Assembly: GCA_963788195.1 (NCBI GenBank) | Contig: CAWBGA010000017.1 | Span: forward strand, 224,001 to 288,000 | DNA: 64,000 bases | Direction of reading: 5' to 3' | Origin: Nitrospirota bacterium | GTDB lineage: Bacteria > Nitrospirota > Nitrospiria > Nitrospirales > NS-4 | Part shown: one piece after another, positions 33,701 through 44,077 of the stretch | Numbering within the stretch: the first letter of the stretch is position 1 | Layout: each line of letters begins with the position of its first letter | Notes under the pieces: model-generated | Seen by the model: the letters and a program-made list of their open reading frames with translations, nothing else | What the model was told of the DNA's origin: nothing | Databases searched by the model: none | Made by a program: the position numbers and the translations under genes

Positions 33701-35459
33701 CCTCGGTCTTCCCGGGCAGCCCCTGGGGCGGCAGCATGTACTCCACCCAGTCCTTGATGGAAACTTTCACGGGATTGGCTTTCCAATCCGTCTTATCTTT
33801 CGTAATCTCGCTACTTCTTGCCGCCGAACCAATCCACCGTCGTCCCGACTAACTTTTCGGAGCTAACCGCCGGCTTCATCAAACCTTTCCGGTCCGGCAA
33901 TTCCACCAGCGGCACCATCACGTCTGTCTGGGAACCCTCCACCTGAAGCGTGTTATAGACCCGCCAGAATCCCCACATTCCGGTCACATAGTGCTGGGGA
34001 ATGTGGCAGTGGAAGAGGAACTCCCCGGCAAGACGCTGCAAGCCGCCCGATCCGCCTTCGATCACTTCATCATAAACCTCAGAGGGCCCGATTGATTGCA
34101 CGTCCAGACGATCCGAGGTGTCCCGCATCAGAGGAAACTTGACCGGCCCGCCCTTGCTCAGTCCGAAATCGAGAAGACTTGTCTCCGGTTGGCGTGCCCA
34201 GCGAATCGATCCGCCATGCAGGTGGTGCGAGTGGACGATCTCTGACCCGCCGACCATCCGAAACTTCGCAGGATCGCCAAGATAGGACCGTGGGATCGTC
34301 GTCGCCGGATCTCCGAAGGTATAGGAGCCGTACCCTTGTGATTCATCAGAAAACCCGATCAGGTGCTCTTGCTGCTCCAACCGCGTGCCGTGAGGCTCGC
34401 TGCGGTAGTTCAGCAAGCGCGCCCCCGGCCGATAGGTATCCGTATGGGCGTCGCGCTGCGGGAGCATTTCGCCCTTGCGGTTGAGCAAGCGAAATGTCTC
34501 ATCGCCCGCTTCGTGATAGAAAATCACGAATTCACGAAAGTCATGCGCCCTGGGCGACATCAATCATCGCCTCCCAGCCGCGTCTTCATCTCTTTTCCGG
34601 TGAACGGGCTCAGATGCCGGGAGCCTCGAGGTTCCACGATCACCGCTCCCAGCATGCCCTGTGAATACTGCTCCCGTGTGGCGTGGCTATGGAAAGCATG
34701 ACCACCCTCCTGGGTGTCCGGTCGGATGTACCATTCGAATTCTCCGTCCTTACCCGCCGCAACCAAGGCTTCCGGATTGTTCGCAGTCGCCGGCTTCCCC
34801 GTTTGACGGACAAGCATCTGGGAGCCATTGATGATCATGTTCGTCGGTTCACCCTCGATCTTGTTGCGAAGGGTGATGCGCAAACAATCGCCTTGATTTG
34901 CACGGAGCACCAGTGGCTGGATGAGGTCTCCCTGAAGACCGTTCGAGACGGCGCCCTTGCTGAAGGTCACATCTGCCTCATCCTCGCGCGCCTCCTTATT
35001 CTTGGCTTCTTCCGCGCGGACGGCCTCGAGGTCTTCGGTCAACGCGTACATATAGCCGGGGAAAAAGTCCCCGAACCGATTTATGGTGATCTCGACAACG
35101 ATCGCCGTGACGTCAAAGGCGCGCACCGGAGCTGACGCGGGACAGAGCAAGCCTGGCAACACCTTTACCTTGTCCTTGTCTTCAGCGACCAGAAGCACGC
35201 CCTGTTGCATCGCATGGGCTCCGGCGCCTTGAAACGGGCCCTTGCTCTGCACTTGCCGTTCGATCTGTTCGATCGCACGGGCCATCTTCTCCTGAAGCAT
35301 GGGTCCCGCCGCCTGATTGACGACCCCAGATGGCGCGTCAACACCATGGCCTTCGTGTGTGCTCTCGGAATGCGAGGGTGCAGCCGTCACGAGAACCGCT
35401 GCAAGCGCCAATGATGGAATCAAGACTGTGAAGAGAAAACGAAAATGTGACCTACACAT
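30710..35459 (-). CDS. Very large (~1580 aa) multicopper oxidase, split into four ORFs by frameshifts
   Basis: Signal peptide; Cu motifs FHSH, HSHHLHG, FHCHIPQHYVTGM, LHPH, WHDH and HTWHVTGH. The pieces abut or overlap in shifted frames. Confidence 0.88.
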
Positions 35460-35630
35460 GACTGGCCTCCTCGAACGTGAAATGGATGTTAAGCGATGGT
35501 CGTTATCACGGCCTTTGCCGAAGCTCGATGTGTGTACCTCGTGTCCACCGGGAGGTATATATTACTGCGGTTAGCGACGAGAATTATATTACAGTCTCGC
35601 AATATTTCGCAAGGGGGTAGCCCCGTGTTT

Positions 35631-35708
35631 CGTTGCAGCAATCCTAATTACTTGTGCTGCTTTTGCGTGTGGCGTTGCAGCAATCCTAATTACTTGTGCT
35701 GCTTCTGC
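35631..35708. repeat. 42-bp-period tandem duplication of a gene 3' end
   Basis: CGTTGCAGCAATCCTAATTACTTGTGCTGCTT occurs at 35631 and 35673. Confidence 0.9.
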
Positions 35709-36631
35709 CTCTGCTGGCTGCTCTCTGGTTTCTTAGTAGGCTCTTTGCCGGTTTCTGTGCCTGCAGGCAGCTGTATCTCAGAAGCATTTTCCGGCACGGC
35801 ATCTAAAATTTTATCCTCTCCGACAAGGAACATCGCCGGGGCTCCGGTATAGGCACGCTTGATTCGGCTACGCGCCTCCGACTGGACCCCTAGGCGCTTC
35901 TTTTCCCCGTCGTCTGTGAGAATCTCTGCCCATTCAACGTCGTCGGCGATCTCCGCGATCCTCCCATGCAGAATCCGATGTTTCGGCGGACTCCCTTCGC
36001 GGTAGAAGTCTACGATGCCGTTTTCGGAGTTAATGATGATGTTCACCTGGTCTCCCTCTTTCAGGGACGCAGCCCCTTGGTCTTGGGCCTGCTTCAGCGA
36101 TAACGGACGGGTCTTCAAGTCGCCAAGGTTGACCCGAATCATCTCGCCTTTGATCTCTTCCACTGTCCCCCTGACAATCGTATGGCCGGGAAGGAGTTGT
36201 AGGTCGGATGCTTTTTGGTCTGTATGGGGCATCACCCCCGATTGGGGAGCTTTTGAGTCTCGACCAGTGCCGGGCGACCGTTGGCCTTCCATCTTGTCCG
36301 GCGGCATGTATTTGATCACGGAGGCGACACCGGACTTATCGACGTGCGCTTGAACTTTATCGCCTGGCTTGAACTCGTCACGAACGATGGTTTGATCGGT
36401 GACTTTCAGGCGAACCTCCTTCCCATCCGTATCCTTAATGACATATGCTTCTTTTTCGATTTTTAAAATCTCACCCCGGATGACTTCCTCTCCCGGCAGA
36501 GGCTTAAACTCCTTGAAACGCGCCTGGGCCAATATGATCATTCCAGTGTCGGCCGGCACAAGCGGTTGAGCGAGCAGAGGGGTGGTGCAGACGAGCATTG
36601 CGATAAGCCCGAGGGCAGTAATCTTTCCCAT
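35690..36631 (-). CDS. Exported protein with repeated small beta-barrel (OB-like) domains
   Basis: GGAGGT SD; signal peptide; three IRGEI/VRGTV/LHGRI-type units. Confidence 0.7.
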   Translation of the reverse strand: MGKITALGLIAMLVCTTPLLAQPLVPADTGMIILAQARFKEFKPLPGEEVIRGEILKIEKEAYVIKDTDGKEVRLKVTDQTIVRDEFKPGDKVQAHVDKSGVASVIKYMPPDKMEGQRSPGTGRDSKAPQSGVMPHTDQKASDLQLLPGHTIVRGTVEEIKGEMIRVNLGDLKTRPLSLKQAQDQGAASLKEGDQVNIIINSENGIVDFYREGSPPKHRILHGRIAEIADDVEWAEILTDDGEKKRLGVQSEARSRIKRAYTGAPAMFLVGEDKILDAVPENASEIQLPAGTETGKEPTKKPESSQQRQKQHK

Positions 36632-36754
36632 TTCTAATACCTCCACTAGTAATTCAAATCAGCGATTGCGATATTAATAGTTATCATCTAGGACCCGAAA
36701 GCACCCTCCTCCGATCGTGGAGTGCACCCCACCTAACGCAGAGCCGGCGCATAA

Positions 36755-37333
36755 TCATGACGCCGGCGTCGGTTGGCGCTTTAGCAAGCGGTCTTCAAAG
36801 AATCCGTACGGTGGCTCAAAAAAACGGGACGATTGGCGGATAAATTTTACGTTTCGATATTCAAGAGACCAGTCCCCTGCCTTGCTGATGGTTTTCATGG
36901 AAAACCGCTCATCTCTGGTGACCCACTGATAGAATTGGTGGCGAAGACCATTGATCAGTGTGGTCACTTCGAAGAGCTCCGTAGGATAGCCGTTAAGATC
37001 TTCTGTACCGATAAACTCGCGGTTGATCTCGCCTTCCATAGCTTCGGTGACATACAGGAGGTCAATCGGCTCAAGCGGCACTTCAATGAAGACCTGTCGC
37101 TGGGAAATGATTCGCCACGCGGAACGCCGGTCTTGGCGCACAATACTCGCCATGGCCCCCGCTTGAGGCTTGGCATACTCGAACCGCCAACGATCTTCCT
37201 TCGCGCGAACCGCAGCGACAATCTCGCGGCCTTTTTGCAGAAGAATTCTGTCGGCGGAGAACTCAAAAGCGGCTGCGGGTGATTCGGCGTATAGTCCAAG
37301 GAATACCAGAAGCAGTGCTATTCTGGACTGCAT
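36755..37333 (-). CDS. DUF4412-like exported protein
   Basis: Signal peptide; FEFSAD, GTEDLNGY and FEPPYGF patterns. Confidence 0.75.
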   Translation of the reverse strand: MQSRIALLLVFLGLYAESPAAAFEFSADRILLQKGREIVAAVRAKEDRWRFEYAKPQAGAMASIVRQDRRSAWRIISQRQVFIEVPLEPIDLLYVTEAMEGEINREFIGTEDLNGYPTELFEVTTLINGLRHQFYQWVTRDERFSMKTISKAGDWSLEYRNVKFIRQSSRFFEPPYGFFEDRLLKRQPTPAS

Positions 37334-37538
37334 GGGATTTCTCCATCGTGCAGGCAGCCGAAAGCCTTTTCTATCATACCAGCCAGGACAGCGACAACAC
37401 TACTATTGTGATGTGACAGCCAAAAGCCGCCCACGGAGTCGACCTAGGATAGGCTTGATGCGAATGAGGCGGAGGCTCTCACGGGCCTCCGGGCGATGGA
37501 AACCTGGAGTGAATCGTGAGTCCGAAGCGGCTGTTCTG

Positions 37539-37900
37539 TTAATAGCGGAGTGAACGATGAAAGTGCCGGTTACATTGAGAACACTTCCACGGGTAGAGTC
37601 CCAATAATCCCAAGAGAAAATCCCAAATGCCCTTCCGGCGGATACGATGGCTCCGTTGCAAACAATTGCACGCGGTCTGCTCGGCCCTTTCCGTCCTGAC
37701 CTTAGGAACGGACGGAGATGTCAGCGCCTGCGTATCATTGCACGCGGTCTGCTCGGCCCTTTCGTCCTGACCTCAGGAACCGGCGGAGGTCTCAGCGCCT
37801 GCGTATCCTCTTTGGGTTCAGTGGAAACCTGGCGAGCTAATTTATCCAGCAGCATCCGTTCCGTCTGGGCAAACTGCAGGGCTTCGAAAATCTTGCTCAT
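37539..37900 (-). CDS. Hidden ~120 aa protein downstream of exeA (one-base frameshift in an internal repeat)
   Basis: MSKIFEAL N-terminus, 24-aa tandem repeat, C-terminal RSHRIRRKGIWDFLLGLLGLYPWKCSQC. The span is 362 nt, one base short of frame. Confidence 0.65.
37665..37807. repeat. ~72-bp tandem direct repeat, two copies
   Basis: ATTGCACGCGGTCTGCTCGGCCCTTT...CAGCGCCTGCGTATC occurs twice. Confidence 0.9.
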
Positions 37901-37902
37901 CC

Positions 37903-39847
37903 CTACTCTCCTCTGGAAACCCTTTTGCTGGCCGGAAGAACGATAGCAATCGCTCCTCCAAGATCCCCCTCGTTGTAGCCCTCCTTCGGGTAGCCTGAAA
38001 TGTCTATCTCCCCTTTCGGCTTACCATGACAACCCAGGCATTGCTTGGTGTAGAAGAGCGGCAGTATGACGCGGACCCCCAAATCCGGAAGTCGCTGCTC
38101 CACGGCGTGATCACCGATTCTGGGATGGCTTTTTTGAATGGCCTTAAGAGCCAGTTCCTCCTGTACATCAGGTTTATTATCCGGATTCCTGGGCGGGGCC
38201 CCGGGGGGGCCGATCTGCCGCAACTTTAGTCCCGTATCCTTAGAGAACTGCGCCGCGACATTCGTGCCAAAGGTCGCAGGGATAAAGCCCTTGAACCCGA
38301 TCCCCTTCTTGTTGATTAACGGCTGAACGTCTTGCACGGCTTTCTGCATGAAGAAGGCAAGCCTGACAAGCAGTGGTTTAGCGCGTTCGGGCATAGCGGC
38401 AGGCGCCAGATTGCGCAAGTCATGACCGGTCCTTGAAAGAAACTGGCTCCTCAATTGGGCCTCGAAAGCCGATGAGGAGAAACCTTTATGCTCGAGTCTT
38501 GGATTGTTGATCGTCGGTTGCATCTTTCCCACGACCACCCTTCCGGAGTCCAGGAGCACCGTCAACAGCCGGGCAGTTTCGGCCAATTCCGCAGACTCCA
38601 TTGTCACAATCTCGCTACTCGGAGAGTTCCTTGGCGTATCGCTACTCCCAGGGCTCCTGGTAGTGTTGTCGCCGGGGTTTTTGGGGATCTCGCTACTCCC
38701 GACACTGCTAGGGGTCTCACTATCGACGGGTTTTTTTGCGGTTTCACTACTCCCCGAAGTCTTTGCGTTCTCGCTACTCCCTACGCTCTTTGTGGTGTCG
38801 CTGTTCCCGGGGTTCTTTTGGCTCTCATTAGTCCAGGAGTTCTTTGTGGTCCCCTCAGTCTCGGCGACCGCCTTCTGTTCAGACTTTGGCTCGAGCTGAT
38901 TCAGGTCTGGCGACGCGACACTGACGCTGATCCCGGGGGGTTTCATACCGGCGCCGAGATAAACGATCACGGGCAAAGCCACCGCGAGAAGGGCAGCCAG
39001 GGTGAACGCGCTTCGACCTTTCCAAAAGTGGAGAAAACCTGGTCCCTGGAAATCGGCAATGACTTCCTCGGCAATCTTGCGTGAAACCGTCGGCTGTTGA
39101 TACCCAAAGCCGGTGATCAGTGCACTGTCACAGATGATGTTCAATCTTCGAGGGATCCCCTTAGCAGTCTTCACAATCAGATCAAGTGCATCTTTCGAAA
39201 AAATAGACCGTTTGTTAATACTGGCATGCGCAAGTCGATGGTCGATGTATGCGAAGCTTTCGGTTTGCGTCAGAGGCAAAATCCTTGCACGAACGGCGAT
39301 GCGTTCACGCACCTGGCGTAACTCGTGGCGGTCAAGCAGCGTTTCCAGCTCAGGTTGACCCACGAGCACGATCTGGATCAGCTTTTCCGTCGAAGTCTCA
39401 AGATTGGAGAGCATCCGAATGCCTTCCAAGGTTTCAGCTGGGATATTTTGCGCTTCGTCAATTACCAGGACGACCACGCCACCGTTTCGGTACTCGTGCA
39501 ATCGACAACTCATGCAACTGACTCACCATCTCGGTCGCCTGCCCGCTAACCGGTTCGACTCCTAATTCTTTTAAGATAGTGATGAGAAGGCTTTCGAAGG
39601 TGACCCGCGGATTAAAAATATAGATTGTTTTCTGTTTCGTCTTCTCGACGGTTTCGAGGTACGAACGAAGAATCAAGGTCTTGCCGACCCCGACTTCCCC
39701 GGTAATGGCGATAAATCCCTTCCTTTGTTCGATGCCATAGATGATCGAAGCTAACGCTTCCTTGTGGCTTGGGCTCAAGAATAGGAAATCGGCATCAGGT
39801 GTGGTCTGGAAGGGTTGCTTCGTGAAACCGTAGTAATCGATATACAT
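37903..39847 (-). CDS. ExeA/GspA-family AAA ATPase fused to TM helix, Ser-rich linker and DUF3365 (Tll0287-like) heme c domain (frameshift near 39510)
   Basis: YYGFTKQPF, Walker A GEVGVGKT, Walker B IDEAQ, LVGQPEL, GIPRRLN; C-terminal CLGCH and GDLGGAI. Confidence 0.85.
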
Positions 39848-40319
39848 TAGACTAATCAATATCCCCTAGACTACTCAATATCCCCTACTCGAAGGCATTG
39901 ACTCTCTGGCATATGTGACAGAAGGGCCATTTGTGAGACACGACCGCTTTATTTTGCAGTCATATTCCCCAATATTGTCCTAACGTTAGTGCGTCTCTAG
40001 CGACGTTGGGTCAGACCTAGAAGCGATAGCGAGGGCATTATGTTGTTACAGAGTTCACCGCTTGTGTCAAGCCGTACTGAAGTATCTCTGAGGTCAAGTA
40101 GGTACAGGTAGAGTGTCTAAAGTATCACGATTTAACGCCTTTCTCTACAACTCACCGATGCTGAACCCACCGCGATAATCGGGATTAGCCCTGAGGAATT
40201 CCCCTCCAAAACGAATCTCGCTGTTCGGTGAGGAGTTCATTTTCTGCAAATCCTCGGTGCCCAAATCGTGTAAAATATCATCTCGAGTGCGCCTGGGTGC
40301 TGGCCGATTGGGTCCAAGT

Positions 40320-40748
40320 TTGGCTGTTCGCGTTATTCGTTTAGGTAGTCGGCGCTCCCCGGGAGAGGGTCTTCGATTGGGCACCGTGAGAAGACCGCCC
40401 CGGGGTGTGCGTAAAACAGAGTATGCCGGTCGAAACTACTTCGACGTCTGGTTTCCCGAACTGGCGCCCAGCGCAAAGCTGGTCAACTGGGCCTTCTCAG
40501 AGCCGTTCACCGAACCGCGATGGACCAGATACGCCAGAAGCTACCGTCGCGAAATGCAAGCACCTGATCGTCAGCGCATGCTTCAGTTACTCGCGCGGTT
40601 GTCACATCAGACCAACTTCTCTGTGGGGTGTTACTGCGAACGTGAGGAGCGGTGCCACCGGTCACTTCTGCGAGAACTTCTGGCGGAGCAAGGCGCGAAG
40701 ATAGAGACCCCGCACAATCGGCCTATGGAAGGGAAAAAGGCTTGCTAA
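40320..40748 (+). CDS. DUF488 family protein
   Basis: RRPPRGVRK, ELAPS and CYCEREERCHRSLL motifs; TTG start inferred. Confidence 0.85.
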   Translation: MAVRVIRLGSRRSPGEGLRLGTVRRPPRGVRKTEYAGRNYFDVWFPELAPSAKLVNWAFSEPFTEPRWTRYARSYRREMQAPDRQRMLQLLARLSHQTNFSVGCYCEREERCHRSLLRELLAEQGAKIETPHNRPMEGKKAC

Positions 40749-40840
40749 AGGTCTCTGACGAGCGGTAACTCACGCACCAAATTACTGGACGACAGTGTAA
40801 GAAGTTACGTCTTCAAAAGATAACGGTATGGGAGGACGCA

Positions 40841-41779
40841 ATGTCGGATCCCGCACCAATTAATACCATGCCTTCTGACGACTCTTCGCCTCTCAAAGAG
40901 CCTGAACAGGAAGTAAGTCCGGCAGAGCCACCTTCGTTGGACGAGACACCTCCCAATCTTTCCACGACGCGTTGGTATTACCGCCATTTTTTACCCGTCC
41001 GTGTGAGTCACTGGATCAACGTCGTCTGCGTTCTGATTCTCATCATGAGCGGCTTTCAGATTTTTAACGCGCATCCGGCGCTCTATTGGGGCAATCGCTC
41101 CGATCGAGATCGTCCTATCCTGACAATGACGTCGGTGAGAACCGAGACGGGCGAGCGTAAAGGAATTACAATGGTGGCGGGGCACGTCTTTGATACGACC
41201 GGGGTGCTTGGATATTCCGGGCAAAGGGCGAGGGGCTTTCCAAGTTGGGCCACTCTTCCCGGCGACCAGTGGCTCGCCATGGGACGGCGGTGGCATCTGT
41301 TCTTTGCCTGGATTTTTGTGATCAATGGAGTGCTTTTCGGCCTCTATGCTTTTCTCAAAGGGCACTTTTGGAGGAATTTGTTTCCTCATTGGAAGGATCT
41401 TCAAAATATCGGCAAAACCATATTGAACCATCTATTCTTTCGGCACCCCTCGGGAGAAGAAGCAAAACACTATAACGTGCTGCAGAAAATTGCCTATACA
41501 GGCGTGATTTTTGGATTGGGACCACTGATCGTTTTGACCGGACTCGCGATGTCGCCGGCAATCGATGCCGCCTTTCCGGGACTTCTCACGGTCTTCGGCG
41601 GGCGGCAATCCGCGCGGACGATTCACTTTTTAGCCTGTTTCGCGTTTATCGGCTTCATCGTCATTCATCTCAGCCAAGTCATCGTGACCGGGCTTTGGAA
41701 CAACCTCAGATCCATCGTCACCGGCTGGTACACCATCCGGGAAACTGGAGAGGCCCATGAAAAGACCACCGCTGATTGA
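40841..41779 (+). CDS. Cytochrome b/b6-domain membrane subunit (YdhU/PhsC-like)
   Basis: VRVSHW, RRWH, YNVLQK and RTIHF heme-b His motifs. Confidence 0.88.
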   Translation: MSDPAPINTMPSDDSSPLKEPEQEVSPAEPPSLDETPPNLSTTRWYYRHFLPVRVSHWINVVCVLILIMSGFQIFNAHPALYWGNRSDRDRPILTMTSVRTETGERKGITMVAGHVFDTTGVLGYSGQRARGFPSWATLPGDQWLAMGRRWHLFFAWIFVINGVLFGLYAFLKGHFWRNLFPHWKDLQNIGKTILNHLFFRHPSGEEAKHYNVLQKIAYTGVIFGLGPLIVLTGLAMSPAIDAAFPGLLTVFGGRQSARTIHFLACFAFIGFIVIHLSQVIVTGLWNNLRSIVTGWYTIRETGEAHEKTTAD

Positions 41780-42527
41780 TCGCCGTCGCTTTCTGCTCGG
41801 CGCCGCGCAGGCAGCAGGATTGTTGTTACTGGGCGGATGCGACAACCTGTCCCGGAGCGACTGGTTTCCGCGGCTATTGAGCCGGGCGGAGGGCCTCACC
41901 CGAAGGGCGCAGCGACTTGTCGTAGCCCGACGCGCAATGGCACAGGAATATACGGAATCTGATCTGTCGCCTGTGTTCCCGTCAAACGGCACGCGCGATC
42001 CGAACGATCCGGATTACCAGGCCGTGGCGCAGAAGAGCTTTGTGGACTGGAGGTTGGAGATCGGCGGCCTCGTCAAGAGCCCGGCGAGTTTTTCGCTCTC
42101 CGAGCTTCGCCAGTTTCCCTCGCGCACACAGATTACACGACACGACTGTGTCGAAGGTTGGAGCGCCATCGGAAAATGGAAGGGTGTCCCCCTGAGTGAG
42201 CTACTGTCCCGCGCGCAGCCGCTTCCTTCAGCACGCTATGCCGTATTCTTTTGCGCAGACCCGGATGATGACGACCACTACTATTACGAGAGCATTGATT
42301 TCGAAGACGCCTATCATCCGCAGACCATCATGGCCTATGAGCTGAACAATCAGCCTCTGCCCATCGCGAATGGCGCGCCGCTGCGGCTCCGAGTTGAGCG
42401 GCAACTTGGTTACAAGATGGCCAAGTACGTGATGCGAATCGAGTTGATCGATAATTTCCATTCCATTGCCGGAGGAAAAGGAGGGTACTGGGAGGATCGG
42501 GGCTACGAATGGTACGCCGGGATTTAA
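41757..42527 (+). CDS. Tat-exported molybdopterin-dependent oxidoreductase (sulfite oxidase/MsrP family)
   Basis: DRRRFL Tat motif with lipobox-like LGGC; HDCVEGWS, GAPLRL, GYKMAK and GGYWEDRGY. Confidence 0.9.
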   Translation: MKRPPLIDRRRFLLGAAQAAGLLLLGGCDNLSRSDWFPRLLSRAEGLTRRAQRLVVARRAMAQEYTESDLSPVFPSNGTRDPNDPDYQAVAQKSFVDWRLEIGGLVKSPASFSLSELRQFPSRTQITRHDCVEGWSAIGKWKGVPLSELLSRAQPLPSARYAVFFCADPDDDDHYYYESIDFEDAYHPQTIMAYELNNQPLPIANGAPLRLRVERQLGYKMAKYVMRIELIDNFHSIAGGKGGYWEDRGYEWYAGI

Positions 42528-42599
42528 ACTCTATCTGATTCAGATCCAGCTGTTAAGAATCAGATCCGCACTTCCACGAGTCTGGAAAACAGGACTTTA

Positions 42600-43169
42600 A
42601 TGGAACACGCGCGTCCTTTATTCATACCGGTCATCCTGGGAACAAGCCGTAAAGGCCGGATGAGTCGGCATGTGGCACAGCTCCTCGCCGACAACATCGC
42701 GCCACGAGCCGGCATTGAGACAGAGCTGATCGATATCGCTTCTATGCGAATCCCCACGGATGATGCCGGGGAAGCCATCAAGGACCCCGCCTTCTCAGAC
42801 AGAATGAAACGCGCCGACGCTCTCGTGATTGTCGCTCCCGAGTACAACCACGGCTATCCCGGCTTGCTTAAGCACGTGCTCGACACCTGTCTTCAAGAGT
42901 ACATCCATAAGGCCGTCGGTATTGTCGGCGTCTCGGCCGGAGGATTCGGAGGGGCTCGCGTTATTGAAAATCTGCTGCCGGTGATGCGGGAAATCGGGCT
43001 GGTCACGATCTTCTGGGATGTGAACTTCTCGAATGTTCAGGCTGTATTTGACCAGGACGGACGATTGTTGGATGAGGCGTACAGGCCTCGCATAGATAAG
43101 TTTCTGAAAGAGCTGATTTGGATGGCAAAGACCTTGCGGTACGGACGCGAGCAGGTGGAGCTCGGCTAG
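42600..43169 (+). CDS. NADPH-dependent FMN reductase
   Basis: GTSRKGR, PEYNHGYPGLLK and GGFGGAR motifs. Confidence 0.9.
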   Translation: MEHARPLFIPVILGTSRKGRMSRHVAQLLADNIAPRAGIETELIDIASMRIPTDDAGEAIKDPAFSDRMKRADALVIVAPEYNHGYPGLLKHVLDTCLQEYIHKAVGIVGVSAGGFGGARVIENLLPVMREIGLVTIFWDVNFSNVQAVFDQDGRLLDEAYRPRIDKFLKELIWMAKTLRYGREQVELG

Positions 43170-43172
43170 TGC

Positions 43173-43376
43173 ATGGCTGGGAAGAGACCAAAGCTGTTGT
43201 GCCCGAAGTGCGGAGCCGCAATGAATCATCATGCGGAAAAGATCGTACTCCCGATCGACCTGCGGGAGGCCGCTCGGGTCGACCCTACCTTCGGCGGGCT
43301 GGTGGAAGAATTCCATACCTGTCCGAACTGCGGAAACAGCGAAACCCGAGAGGCGACGGACTCCTTTCATGTTTGA
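43173..43376 (+). CDS. Small zinc-ribbon protein
   Basis: CPKC...CPNC; starts 3 nt after the FMN reductase. Confidence 0.7.
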   Translation: MAGKRPKLLCPKCGAAMNHHAEKIVLPIDLREAARVDPTFGGLVEEFHTCPNCGNSETREATDSFHV

Positions 43377-43426
43377 AGGGAAGATCTGGGCTGTATCAGG
43401 AGATTGAAGAGTGCGTCGCGGAAGGG

Positions 43427-44064
43427 CTACGTCGTCCGCGTCGATTTCATGAGCCCATCGGCTTGCGGAGGGGAAAAGCCCTGGAACCCTTGATGGCGTT
43501 CGGTGAGCTCAAGGACGGAAAACGACTGGCCATCTACGCGCTCGGGTGCGGTGAAGATCTGCCGCAGCAGCCCGCCGCGGGCACCCACGATCTCACCGGT
43601 AAAGGCCACCCCGGCATCTCGTAGGCGGTCGATGGCCCGTTCAATATCTTCCACGCGGATGGCGATATGATGCAGGGTCTGGTCGCCGAACTGCTTCACC
43701 CATCCCGGAATAATGCTGCTCTCCCCGCGACGATCCGGATAGCCTTGATCAATGAAGAGCGCGGGATAGCCCGCCATTCGATAGACTTTCGCGAACCAGT
43801 CCTCATAGCTCAGGGTTTCTGAATACGCATAGCCTAATGCCATAAATTCTTCGGCGCGCTGGTCAATATCCATTGTCCGGATCGTAATGTGGTCAATCAC
43901 GGGGATAAAGCCGACGCCTGTTTCGTCCAGTTTCGTTTTGAGCAGCCGCGCGGCCGAATTGCGCGACACATACTCGTCGACGAGATGGTTAGAAAAGTCT
44001 TCTCAAGCCAGGCCGGGCGGAGAGTGATTTTCGAAGGTGGTAGTAGCTGGTCATGAAGGATCAT
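43427..44064 (-). CDS. VOC/glyoxalase-family protein (N-terminal frameshift)
   Basis: DHITIR, HHIAIRVEDI, LRQIFT and ELTER (HPPD-like metal ligands). Confidence 0.8.
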
Positions 44065-44077
44065 CAGGTACGGCTCT

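Noticed and set aside
37665..37807. Tandem repeat as a CRISPR array or mobile-element end
   Set aside because: There are two adjacent copies with no spacer, and the 72-bp period fits a coding repeat.
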